This document shows, in pieces, positions 20,500 to 32,000 of a stretch of 32,000 nucleotides of DNA. Each line of letters starts with the position of its first letter. Position 1 is the stretch's first letter. The translations under genes were made by a program, and so were the position numbers. The DNA lies in NCBI RefSeq assembly GCF_000195855.1, contig NC_002677.1, forward strand, positions 3,236,204 to 3,268,203, given 5' to 3'. Origin of the DNA: Mycobacterium leprae TN. Its GTDB lineage: Bacteria; Actinomycetota; Actinomycetes; Mycobacteriales; Mycobacteriaceae. The notes under the pieces were generated by a model that was not told the DNA's origin, ran no database searches, and saw only the letters and a program-made list of their open reading frames with translations.

Positions 20500-21140
20500 T
20501 AGATGAAGTAACGTGCCATGATTGATTAGCTACTACTCCGCTGTGAGATTCACGAAAAAATACAAGTGAAAACGCGGAGAAGTCAAATCGCTAACCGTCC
20601 ACGTTACCGGAAACTGCGCTACACCTCCGGCGAGCTGTTCAAGCGTCATCAATTATTGTGATGCCAGTTCACACAACTCATCAACCACATCCGTAAAAAT
20701 GCCGAAGATGCGCCACGGAACGTAATATTTCAACACATCGCTCCATCGGCTTTTTCTGTACGACGCCACAGCTCACAATTGGCCGCACCACATTTTGGTA
20801 ATTGTGGTAAACGCCTACCTGAACCGGCTGCAGCACACCCTTAGCCCACCCAACCAACCCACTATAGAGAATGTCGATCAGGTGGCTGATCGACATCGCA
20901 CAGGCAGAAACAATACTTATGGTGCAGCAGGTTACAGCTTCCTGTCAAGCAACGCACCACGCTAGTCGCCGTCTACACGACGATTTACTTCGATCATGTC
21001 GATCGTGGACACTGCTCGGATGCCGAATGTTGATAAGAACACAGTAAAGAGGTGCTGCGTCCACCACGTCAAGCTGTTCGGTCATTTCGAACCAGTGCCT
21101 GTATCAAGGCTGACTGGGCCGTTGATCACGGCTAGCTTAA
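20500..21140 (+). pseudogene. sigM: Decayed ECF sigma factor SigM
   Basis: Residual pieces across frames: GELFKRHQ.., NHIRKNAEDAPRNVIFQHIAPSAF, VVNAYLNRLQ, and 20996 ORF MSIVDTARMPNVDKNTVKRCC ~ SigM YSIADTARMLGVAEGTVKSRC. Sits directly after murJ as in Mtb. Confidence 0.82.
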
Positions 21141-21249
21141 AGCTAAAACATCCCGGTCAAAGTTCGCTGCTTGACGATCGGATAATGTGTAAGACCATAA
21201 AAATATATTATTACAGACACTGAGATGGACAAGTGAATCCGACAAAAAT

Positions 21250-21960
21250 ATGGTGATCCCTGTGCGACGGGCCACGATCCGCATAATACGCTCCTAACGA
21301 CGGAGCTCCTTACTGACCTGCAAGCCAATCTGTTTAATGACGATGCCGCAGCTCGTGTACGTGGCTTGGTCCGGGCAAACCAAAAGACATCAGGCACCCC
21401 CGGGCGCTAAACCGAGTGTTCAGCAATCTCGCCGCGGTAAAATTCGACCCTCGGTTTTAACCGCCGATAAACCCGAGACCCGGATATCAGCCAGTGCACG
21501 CCGGCCACGCAATCGACATAGCTACTGACTCGGCGCTACCGCCGGTCAATCCCAACAAAAGTGATCGCGACCGCCACCAGTTTGAGCACGGTAGCCATGA
21601 TCGACACACCAACAGCAAATCGACCACCGTATAGCACGGCATCGACACTCCCCGCGGTGATATCGCCATCGAAAGCATGGATCGTCGACTTGCTCCAGTG
21701 TACTACCGAACCCAGAGTTTGGCTCACTCGACGACGCTATGTGCCATGTTTCAGTAACCTCGGCTATTCGAGACGCCCACCATCGGTGCTGGGCGTTCAG
21801 CTGATTTGACGTCAATACCCAACTCAGCCGTCTTGCTAGTGCTTCCCAACGACATACGCGACAAACTCACCGTTTTTGCTATAGACACCATATTGCAGCG
21901 CGGTCGATACCAGACTGCTGTCCACCACCGGAATCCCGAGCCCTAGCAGGTGCGCATGTT
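21250..21960 (+). pseudogene. rsmA: Decayed anti-sigma-M factor gene (Rv3912-like)
   Basis: Pieces ELLTDLQANLFNDDAAARVRGLVRA, VAMIDTPTANRPPYSTASTLPAVISPSKAWIVDLLQCTTEP, YVPCFSNLGYSRRPPSVLGVQLI, and YCSAVDTRLLSTTGIPS are collinear with Rv3912 but split by stops and frameshifts. Confidence 0.8.
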
Positions 21961-22046
21961 GTTGGGACGCGCAGGATAACAGCAATGCCTACGCTGGTGT
22001 TCGTAACCATATTGCCGGATTAGCTTGATGTACCTGAAAGGCTCGC

Positions 22047-23423
22047 ATGAACACCACTCCTTCTGCGCATGAGACGATACACGAAGTGATCGTTATTGGC
22101 TCCGGTCCAGCAGGCTACACTGCTGCCCTGTACGCCGCTCGTGCACAGCTAACACCGCTGGTATTTGAGGGTACCTCATTCGGCGGCGCGCTGATGACCA
22201 CCACCGAGGTGGAAAACTACCCAGGTTTTCGCAACGGCATAACCGGCCCGGAGTTGATGGACGATATGCGTGAACAGGCACTGCGATTCGGCGCGGAACT
22301 GCGGACCGAAGACGTCGAGTCGGTATCATTGCGTGGCCCGATCAAATCGGTCGTCACCGCTGAAGGACAGACTTATCAGGCCCGAGCCGTCATCCTCGCC
22401 ATGGGTACCTCCGTGCGTTATCTACAGATCCCCGGCGAGCAAGAATTGCTAGGACGTGGCGTGAGTGCATGCGCGACCTGCGACGGGTCCTTTTTCCGCG
22501 GCCAAGACATTGCCGTCATTGGCGGTGGAGACTCAGCGATGGAGGAAGCCCTCTTTTTGACCCGGTTCGCCCGCAGCGTCACGCTCGTGCACCGCCGCGA
22601 CGAATTCCGAGCTTCTAAGATCATGCTCGGTCGCGCCCGTAACAATGACAAGATCAAATTCATCACCAACCACACCGTGGTCGCGGTGAACGGGTATACA
22701 ACAGTGACCGGATTGCGGTTGCGTAACACCACAACGGGAGAGGAAACCACGCTAGTAGTGACCGGGGTTTTTGTTGCAATTGGCCATGAACCACGTTCCA
22801 GCCTGGTGAGCGATGTCGTCGACATAGACCCGGATGGCTACGTCCTGGTGAAAGGACGTACGACGAGTACATCGATGGACGGCGTTTTTGCGGCCGGCGA
22901 CCTGGTAGATCGCACCTACCGGCAGGCGATCACTGCCGCAGGTAGTGGCTGTGCCGCCGCCATCGACGCCGAACGTTGGTTGGCGGAGCATGCCGGGTCA
23001 AAAGCTAACGAAACAACAGAGGAAACTGGAGACGTTGACAGTACCGACACAACCGATTGGAGCACTGCGATGACTGACGCCAAGAACGCCGGGGTCACAA
23101 TAGAAGTGACCGATGCTTCCTTTTTCGCAGACGTCTTATCCAGTAATAAGCCTGTGTTAGTTGATTTTTGGGCAACATGGTGTGGACCCTGCAAGATGGT
23201 AGCGCCGGTACTCGAAGAGATCGCGTCCGAACAACGAAACCAGCTCACTGTCGCCAAGTTAGATGTAGACACCAACCCGGAAATGGCACGCGAGTTCCAG
23301 GTCGTGTCGATACCCACAATGATTCTGTTCCAGGGTGGCCAACCAGTAAAACGCATCGTTGGCGCTAAGGGCAAAGCAGCGTTACTACGTGACCTTTCCG
23401 ACGTGGTACCTAACCTCAATTAG
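22047..23423 (+). CDS. trxB/trxA: Thioredoxin reductase-thioredoxin fusion protein
   Basis: Single 458-aa ORF: TrxB domain ([24 protein letters not shown] redox motif, [21 protein letters not shown]), an acidic/Thr-rich linker, then a full thioredoxin ([22 protein letters not shown]). Confidence 0.97.
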
Positions 23424-23555
23424 ACTTAATGTAGTTCATGGCAAAACAGCCGTTGCTAGCCTGGGGTTTTCCTGAAACCGACAAGGATCTGCGACAATAC
23501 CGATTAACTGCTGTGCATCTGTCAGCGTGTCAGTTTGCCTCGGAGGGCCCTTGGT

Positions 23556-24776
23556 ATGTCGAGTCCGCGCTGCGAAGACGGCGACACGCTGCGCTGTGGT
23601 GACCGCAACGCCGCTGTTACCGAAATCCGATCTGCGCTAGCTGCGCTGGGACTCTTGCACAGTCCCGGCGACGACCTGACGACTAGCAAGTATATAGCGC
23701 TCGATCTGTTCGACCCGCAACTGGAGCACGCAGTGCGCGCCTTCCAGCAGCATCGCGGGTTGCTGGTAGACGGCGTTGTCGGTGAAGCCACTCACCGAGC
23801 GTTGAAAGAAGCTTCCTACCGACTCGGCGCTCGCACACTGTATCATCGATTCGGAGCACCGCTATCCGGTGATGACGTTGCCACATTGCAAGCCCGGCTA
23901 CAGGACCTTGGCTTCTACACCGGCATGGTCGATGGACACTTCGGATTACAGACCCACAACGCGTTAATATCCTATCAGCGTGAATACGGACTTACTGCCG
24001 ACGGCATTTGCGGCCCAGAAACGTTGCGTTCCCTGTATTTTTTGAGTTCACGGGTAACCGGTGGTTCACCACATGCCATTCGTGAAGAAGAACTTGTTCG
24101 TCGATCCGGGCCTAAACTGTCAGGCAAGCGAATCATCATTGATCCGGGTCGTGGCGGTGCTGACCGTGGTCTGATCACTCAAGGACCGACTGGACCCATC
24201 AGTGAAGCAGATGTGCTGTGGGACTTGGCAAGTCGACTTGAGGGGCGGATGGCCGCTATTGGTATAGAAACTTTCCTCTCTAGGACAACTAACGGTAGCC
24301 CGTCGGACTCCGAACGCGCTGCCATTGCCAATAACGTCGGCGCAGAATTAATGATCAGCTTGCGTTGCGAAACGCAGACTAGTCCTGCTGCTAACGGTGT
24401 GGCTTCCTTCCATTTCGGCAACTCACACGGATCCGTCTCCACCATAGGCCGCAATCTTGCCGATTTCATTCAGCGAGAAATAGTGGCCCGCACCGGGTTA
24501 CGGGATTGTCGTACACACGGTCGGACATGGGATTTGCTGCGATTGACGCGAATGCCGACTGTTCAGATCGACATCGGCTACATCACCAATCCACGAGATC
24601 GCGGCGTACTGATTGGAACACAGAACCGCGATGCCATCGCTGAAGGTATCCTTGCCGCGGTCAAACGACTTTATTTACTAGGCAAGAATGATCAGCCCAC
24701 CGGCACATTCACCTTTGCTGAGCTTCTTGCCCACGAACTATCGGTGGAACGGGCAAGCAGACTCGGTGGTTCTTAA
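23556..24776 (+). CDS. cwlM: CwlM, peptidoglycan-amidase-like protein (two PG-binding domains plus Amidase_3 fold)
   Basis: Start ATG 23556 (MSSPRCEDGDTLRCGDRNAAVTEIR...), two PG-binding-type repeats (AVRAFQQHRGLLVDGVVGEATH; HNALISYQREYGLTADGICGPETL), and Amidase_3 region IIIDPGRGGADRG. Confidence 0.93.
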   Translation: MSSPRCEDGDTLRCGDRNAAVTEIRSALAALGLLHSPGDDLTTSKYIALDLFDPQLEHAVRAFQQHRGLLVDGVVGEATHRALKEASYRLGARTLYHRFGAPLSGDDVATLQARLQDLGFYTGMVDGHFGLQTHNALISYQREYGLTADGICGPETLRSLYFLSSRVTGGSPHAIREEELVRRSGPKLSGKRIIIDPGRGGADRGLITQGPTGPISEADVLWDLASRLEGRMAAIGIETFLSRTTNGSPSDSERAAIANNVGAELMISLRCETQTSPAANGVASFHFGNSHGSVSTIGRNLADFIQREIVARTGLRDCRTHGRTWDLLRLTRMPTVQIDIGYITNPRDRGVLIGTQNRDAIAEGILAAVKRLYLLGKNDQPTGTFTFAELLAHELSVERASRLGGS

Positions 24777-25552
24777 CGTATAAGCCATATATTGCGGCTT
24801 TCAGAATGTTGCTTAACTACAGCTCCGGCCCCGACTGGCTGTTGTAACTGAGCGTCCGCCAGCAGACGCTCTAAGGCGGCCTCGACTTCAGCTTTCCAGC
24901 CAAAGCCCTTGTCCAACTCAAGGCGTAGCCGAGGGAAATATTGGTGCGGTGCAACGACGACGAAACCGACGGCCTTCAAGAAGTCCGCGGCAATGATGCA
25001 GTGGTCGACCGAACAGTCACCGAGAGCCTCCAATACCGGCCGAACATCGGGGGCCACTGTCCGGGGATCCTGCAACTCGGTGGCCACTTCGGTGCGGCCA
25101 AAAGCCTCTAACGCCCGGACTCCACGCCGAACCAGTTCGTCAATTACCTGGCTGATGAGACTCTGTGGAAGACCAGCCGCGACTTGCCCTGGCTCGACGC
25201 CCATCGAAGTCAGTAGGACGGCATCAGCGGACACTGGCGCAGTGGGAAACCGATATGCTCGGGGCACTACCCGTGGTGGGGCATAAAGCATATACCCCAA
25301 GCACGGCGGCTCTAAGTGTTTGAATGCATCAGATTGGCGGCACTCGTCCATAATCGCCGTTGCGACCTGACCACACGAACCCCATTCCAACATTACCATC
25401 GACAACCAAGCTTCCTTTTCGAATTCAAGATCAACGAGGTGGTCCTGGTTGCCAAGGGTCGCCGGGTCGACCTCCCAAAAGACGCACCGGCGTGCATGCT
25501 TAGGGAGCTGCTCGAAAGCTTCGAGACGTAGCGGTGTGATTTGAGCAGACAC
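24773..25552 (-). CDS. Conserved hypothetical protein, Rv3916c-like
   Basis: 259-aa ORF convergent with cwlM; syntenic between cwlM and parB. Confidence 0.8.
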   Translation of the reverse strand: MSAQITPLRLEAFEQLPKHARRCVFWEVDPATLGNQDHLVDLEFEKEAWLSMVMLEWGSCGQVATAIMDECRQSDAFKHLEPPCLGYMLYAPPRVVPRAYRFPTAPVSADAVLLTSMGVEPGQVAAGLPQSLISQVIDELVRRGVRALEAFGRTEVATELQDPRTVAPDVRPVLEALGDCSVDHCIIAADFLKAVGFVVVAPHQYFPRLRLELDKGFGWKAEVEAALERLLADAQLQQPVGAGAVVKQHSESRNIWLIR

Positions 25553-25904
25553 TAGTTTTCTGGCCTCCGTGCGCCACTACCGCTACTAGCCCTGTTCGTC
25601 CACAAACGAACCCAACGGGCCCGCGTCACCATTAAGCACCAACAACCCGGCTTTCCGTGACTGATATGCACGAGCAACCTCTACAGGATAAGAGGGTTTG
25701 TCAACATCCGGCCAGTGTTGACGTCGCCAGTTGAGTTAATCCGCCAGAACAATTTCCGCACCATCGAGTTAACAGTCGATTCTCGAAATAGCTTACCGCA
25801 AACCAGTTTTACGTGAGATTACGGTATCTAAAGCAATATTGTGCACATCCGAAAGCCGCTACAGTATCACAATGATGTAATTACAGAACATCTCTCTTCT
25901 TGAT

Positions 25905-26908
25905 TCACGTTTTGTAGGTAGTCATCACGTCAACAATGCGCTGTAGATCATCAACTGAGCTGAACTCCACCACAATCTTCCCTTTACGTTTACCAAGACT
26001 GACCATAACTCGGGTATCGAAAGCATTCGACAGTCGTTCAGCAACGTCTTGCAGGCCAGGCATGCAAATCGGTTTACGCCGCTGCGGTACTGGCGTGATC
26101 ACTTCTCTATTGACCCTATTGACCTCGTGATTGGCCAACTTAACCGCTTCCTCGGTGGCTCGCACCGATAGACCTTCAGCGATAATCCGGCTGGCTAGTT
26201 CTTCCTGAACCTCAGGATTGGCCTCCAAGGAGAGCAGCGCACGAGCGTGGCCAGCGGACAAGACACCTGCCGCCACTCGACGCTGAACCGGAATCGGCAA
26301 CTTGAGTAACCGGATCATATTAGTGATCAGTGGCCGTGAACGGCCGATCCGGGATGCCAGTTCGTCATGGGTTACCTCAAACTCGTCAAGGAGTTGCTGA
26401 TAAGCCGCAGCCTCCTCTAAAGGGTTTAGCTGCACCCGATGGATGTTCTCTAGCAGAGCATCGCGCAACATACTATCGTCACCTGTCGCGCGCACGATAG
26501 CTGGAATAAAACTCAGGCCTGCCTGTTGAGCCGCCCGCCAACGACGCTCTCCCATCACAATTTGGTATCTTGTGTCGCCGCACGATCCACTCGCTGGCCG
26601 CACCACGATCGGCTGTAGCAGGCCAAATTCGCGAATAGAGTGCACCAATTCGGACATCGCTTCGTCGTCGAATACCTGTCGCGGCTGGCAAGGATTCTCC
26701 GTGATATCAGACAGTGCGATCTCTCGATACACTGCACCCATCGCATTGTCCTTCTGCGCAGACCCTCCAATTAATACGTCAGCGGCCGTGTTTCCCATCT
26801 GAGGACCATACGTCGCAGGTCCAGAGTCAGCATCCACAGGGCCAGTGGGAATCAATGAAGCCAAGCCTCGTCCGAGGCCACCCTTCTTACATAACGACTG
26901 AGTCATAC

Positions 26909-26912
<4 letters not shown>
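25905..26912 (-). CDS. parB: Chromosome partitioning protein ParB
   Basis: [12 protein letters not shown]-terminus, [60 protein letters not shown], and [29 protein letters not shown]. Confidence 0.96.
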
Positions 26913-28710
<1,798 letters not shown>

Positions 28711-28778
28711 CTAAACGTTCAAAGTCTGCCAGTTGTGACCGTCCGCTACACTCAACTCCACCATATCTACAATCGCCG

Positions 28779-29360
28779 CTAATCACGTAAAATAATGACC
28801 CGCCGTGCTGTTCCCATACCTTCACTTTCACTGTGCACTCCAGGTACTGCCGCAATAGCATCATGCACGATCTTTCGTTCAAACGGTGTCATCGGAGTGA
28901 GCTTTTCACACTCGCCGGTTGCGAGCACCCGCCACGCCATCCTGTCGCCCAACGCAACCAATTCTTCCCGGCGCCGCCGTCGCCATCCTGCAATATCAAG
29001 CATCAACCGGCTCCGTACACCAGTTTTCTGGTGTACGGCTAGCCGAGTAAGTTCCTGCAAAGCATCGAGCACTTCGCCTGTACGCCCAACTAATTTATTC
29101 AAATCATCACCGCCGTCGATGCTGACTACTGCCCGAGTTCCCTCAACATCTAGATCAATGTCACCATCAAAGTCCAACAAGTCCAACAACTCTTCCAGAT
29201 AATCACCAGCAATTTCACCCTCAGCAACCAACCGTTCCTCAAAATCGTTTGACTTATTAGCGTTGGCATCTGCCGTCGTCTCATCATCCAAGAGATCTTC
29301 CATCAACGTTTGTGTATCTGACTGGTGAACATCACACTCGGTAGTTTCAACATCTGTCAT
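28779..29360 (-). CDS. jag: Jag/KhpB-family R3H/KH RNA-binding protein
   Basis: 193 aa: acidic N-terminus, KH-like GGDDLNKLVGRTGEVLDALQELTRLAV, and R3H region LTPMTPFERKIVHDAIAAVPGVHSESEG; between yidC and rsmG. Confidence 0.92.
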   Translation of the reverse strand: MTDVETTECDVHQSDTQTLMEDLLDDETTADANANKSNDFEERLVAEGEIAGDYLEELLDLLDFDGDIDLDVEGTRAVVSIDGGDDLNKLVGRTGEVLDALQELTRLAVHQKTGVRSRLMLDIAGWRRRRREELVALGDRMAWRVLATGECEKLTPMTPFERKIVHDAIAAVPGVHSESEGMGTARRVIILRD

Positions 29361-29441
29361 GGCTTCTCTTTCTCAATCCACAAGTCCATGCCCTCTTAAG
29401 TCATTCAACGAACTCGACCCAGTAAAAATTTTGACACCTCG

Positions 29442-30584
29442 TCAGCGCTTACGTCTCTTTGTCCGCTGTCCAGAACGCCGAGTATGAGAGGTTGGATTGT
29501 TGTTATAGCCGACGCAATCCGGCTTATCCGCCGGAGTGGTAGCTGTTTTCGTTTCAGTCACCCAGTCAATAGAGTCCGCCTCCTGGGACCCCAACTTTGC
29601 GCCGTCGTCGGATATCATGGTATCTTTCGAAAAACCATTAACGCTTACCGGTGCCGTCGTAGAGACGTACTTTGGCTTAGAGCCTGGCGCAGGCGCGTTA
29701 GCCGTCCGACGTTCGATAGCTTTCTGCTTCTTAGCCTCGTCTTCTTTCTCGATCATAGAGAACACATAATGTTGTTGACCAAAAGTCCAGATATTGTTAG
29801 AAAACCAATACAAAATAATCGCCAACGGAAGAAACGGGCCACCGACAACTACACCAAAAGGAAACACATACAACGCAATTTTGTTCATCAACGCAGTCTG
29901 CGGATTTTCTGCTGCCTCCGCACTCTGCCGTGCTATTGAAGCGCGACTGTTGAAGTAAGTCGCAACACCAGCCAAAACCATCATTGGAATACCAACCAAA
30001 ATCACCGCTGGACGACTGAAATCAATGAACGCATCTAATCCGGAACGTTGCGTCATGTACGCACCAATTGGAGCACCCCACAGATTGGCATCAAGAAAAT
30101 GCCCCACGTCAACTGGGGTGAACACATAATTTCCTGTCATCCGGTTCTCGGTCACTGACATATGTGGCTGACCGAAACCTCCAGTTGTACGATTGAATGA
30201 CCGTAAAGCATGGTAAAGCCCCAAAAACACCGGTATCTGCGCAAGCATCGGCAAGCATCCTAAAATTGGGTTGAACCCGTGCTCGCGTTGCAATTTCTGC
30301 ATCTCGAGCGCCATGCGTTGACGATCTTTACCGTACTTTCTTTGCAGCGCTCTAATTCGTGGCTGCAACTCCTGCATCTGCCGAGTGGTACGGATCTGGC
30401 GCACGAACGGTTTGTAAAGCAACGCTCGCAAGGTGAACACCAAGAACATCACCGATAACGCCCATGCGAAAAAGTTTGATGGACCCAGCACAGCAGCAAA
30501 CAGCTTGTACCAAACCCACATAATCCACGACACCGGATAGTAGACGATGTCAAGACTGACAAAATCAAACGGCAACAGACTCAC
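29442..30584 (-). CDS. yidC: Membrane protein insertase YidC/Oxa1
   Basis: [29 protein letters not shown]... and [47 protein letters not shown], with several TM segments. Confidence 0.95.
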   Translation of the reverse strand: MSLLPFDFVSLDIVYYPVSWIMWVWYKLFAAVLGPSNFFAWALSVMFLVFTLRALLYKPFVRQIRTTRQMQELQPRIRALQRKYGKDRQRMALEMQKLQREHGFNPILGCLPMLAQIPVFLGLYHALRSFNRTTGGFGQPHMSVTENRMTGNYVFTPVDVGHFLDANLWGAPIGAYMTQRSGLDAFIDFSRPAVILVGIPMMVLAGVATYFNSRASIARQSAEAAENPQTALMNKIALYVFPFGVVVGGPFLPLAIILYWFSNNIWTFGQQHYVFSMIEKEDEAKKQKAIERRTANAPAPGSKPKYVSTTAPVSVNGFSKDTMISDDGAKLGSQEADSIDWVTETKTATTPADKPDCVGYNNNPTSHTRRSGQRTKRRKR

Positions 30585-30660
30585 CCTCTCCTAGCTTCGA
30601 TGGGCAACTCCAAGCAACGCTAGCGTCATTGAAACCGGCCCAGCAGTTCAGCAGTTCCTG

Positions 30661-30954
30661 TCAACGTTCCGGTATTGGATCCCACCCTCCCCGATGCCAC
30701 GGCCCACACTTAACTAATCTAACCGCTACTAACCAACTACCTTTGATCAAGCCATACTCGGTCAAAGCATCAATGGCGTATTGACTGCAGGTTGGAACAA
30801 AACGACATACCGCCGGTTGAAGCGGCGATATCATGTGCCGGTAAAGCTGGATCAGAAAAATCAGTTCACGCACCGCGGCCCTACTTGTGCCACGGATCCT
30901 ACAAATGCCGATACCAACCGAATCACCAATCCGTCTCTGCCAGATCAAGAGCAC
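30661..30954 (-). CDS. yidD: Membrane protein insertion efficiency factor YidD
   Basis: [62 protein letters not shown] is the diagnostic YidD pattern. Confidence 0.94.
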   Translation of the reverse strand: MLLIWQRRIGDSVGIGICRIRGTSRAAVRELIFLIQLYRHMISPLQPAVCRFVPTCSQYAIDALTEYGLIKGSWLVAVRLVKCGPWHRGGWDPIPER

Positions 30955-31285
30955 ATCTCAAACCATTTCGCAACTGCTGTGCTAACCATGCTGACGACAC
31001 ATTCCGACTACTCGGCAACGCACGGATCACCACCTGATCAGCTCCGCCCAATTCCCCCAACATGGTCCGAGCAACATGCCGCAATCGACGTGCCACTCGA
31101 TGACGTTCGACAGCAGAGCCCACCGTTTTAGCTATGATCAGCCCGACATGGGGAGCCTTCGTCTCATCCCTGTTACACCCACGCCAAACGTGAATGATAA
31201 CATCAGACTGCACTGCGCGCAGTCCAAACTTTACCGTCGCATCAAACTCGGATGACCGCCTCATGCGGTTACATGCGGAAAGCAC
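30923..31285 (-). CDS. rnpA: Ribonuclease P protein component
   Basis: [36 protein letters not shown]...[30 protein letters not shown]: RNase P protein signature. Confidence 0.93.
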   Translation of the reverse strand: MLSACNRMRRSSEFDATVKFGLRAVQSDVIIHVWRGCNRDETKAPHVGLIIAKTVGSAVERHRVARRLRHVARTMLGELGGADQVVIRALPSSRNVSSAWLAQQLRNGLRCALDLAETDW

Positions 31286-31306
31286 CGCTAAAACCCATCG
31301 TTCAAA

Positions 31307-31450
31307 TCAAGCAGTCAATGTGCGGCGGCCCTTACGGCGCCGATCGGACACGATCGACCGGCCAGCACGCGTGCGCATCCGAAGCCGAAAGCCATGCACA
31401 CGGGCTCGGCGCCGGTTATTCGGCTGAAAAGTCCGCTTGCCCTTGGCCAC
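31307..31450 (-). CDS. rpmH: 50S ribosomal protein L34
   Basis: GTG start at 31450 gives (V/M)[46 protein letters not shown], 47 aa. The longer 31624 ORF is an over-extension. Confidence 0.95.
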
Positions 31451-31951
31451 AACATTCTCCTCGGTATGTTCTGCATCGTTTCTAGCAATACCATCCGACC
31501 GTTCGCACTTCACAAGTACGTTCAATCGCGTTGGCCTTAACACGGTCCCTCTGCAACATAATCCTGGGTCGCAGCCACATCGCCGACTTTCAGACGACTG
31601 TTTGTCAGGGTACTGATGAGCCATCGGTGGGTCAAACCTGGCCCTACCACAACGGACCTGTTCAAACGTTTAGTAAACCATTCGTTATCGAAAAACCAGC
31701 ACGCAGAATCTCGGCCGCAACCCGAGCAAGCCTTCCAAGAACAAGTTTTGAATGAAACACCACGGTTGGCAGCCAGACAGAAAACTGTTAGCTTCGGGCA
31801 ATGCCGTTTTCAGATTGGAACGGCGGTCGACAACGAAGTAGGGATGGCCGATCAACTAGGTATCTAGACAACCTGCGCAGGTTATCTCCGGCACGGAGAC
31901 CACGAACCGACGGCGATAAACTACAGCCTGCCTATACATCATCTCGTCATC

Positions 31952-31983
31952 CTGTCCACACCTGTGTATAAGTATGTGGACAG
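31952..31983. promoter_or_regulatory. Pair of DnaA-box-like motifs in inverted orientation, presumably upstream of dnaA
   Basis: CTGTCCACA (31952-31960) and its exact reverse complement TGTGGACAG (31975-31983) in the region right of rpmH, where dnaA is expected. Confidence 0.6.
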
Positions 31984-32000
31984 TTACTTCGTCGTAAACC

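Noticed and set aside
31451-31624. N-terminal extension of the L34 ORF and the small plus-strand ORFs at 31531-31867
   Set aside because: L34 is a 47-aa protein starting at the GTG at 31450; the rest is the rpmH-dnaA intergenic region with no recognisable protein.

Overview
This 32 kb window reads as an origin-proximal stretch of a reduced, pseudogene-rich mycobacterial genome. Gene content, the trxB-trxA fusion and the decay pattern fit Mycobacterium leprae (or close kin); this identification rests on recalled protein families, not a database search. Left block, in inverted Mtb order: start of an Rv0051-like membrane protein (-), ponA1 (-), an Rv0049-like DUF5318 protein (-), a decayed interval, an Rv0047c-like PadR regulator (+), ino1 (+), pseudogenes of Rv0045c- and Rv0044c-like genes, a GntR-like remnant, a decayed polar amino-acid ABC transporter (substrate-binding, permease and ATPase parts) and a MarR regulator. 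After a synteny junction at about 11.3-12.06 kb comes the block leading to oriC: pcnA (-), mutT4, Rv3909-like, murJ/mviN, decayed sigM and its anti-sigma gene, fused trxB-trxA, cwlM, an Rv3916c-like gene, parB, parA, rsmG/gid, jag, yidC, yidD, rnpA, rpmH, and a DnaA-box-like dyad at the right edge. No mobile element, CRISPR array or novel defence or biosynthetic system was found. The most interesting signals are: (i) three perfect inverted repeats inside decayed coding sequence (34-bp palindrome at 6612-6645, 19-bp-arm hairpin at 7387-7430, 10-bp-arm hairpin at 9979-10003); (ii) a 19-bp tandem duplication that breaks the Rv0045c-like gene; (iii) a perfect parS at the gid start and a one-base-degenerate parS inside parA; (iv) a junction best explained by an inversion spanning oriC; (v) relics of an amino-acid ABC transporter; (vi) paired decay of sigM and its anti-sigma gene beside the in-frame trxB-trxA fusion.
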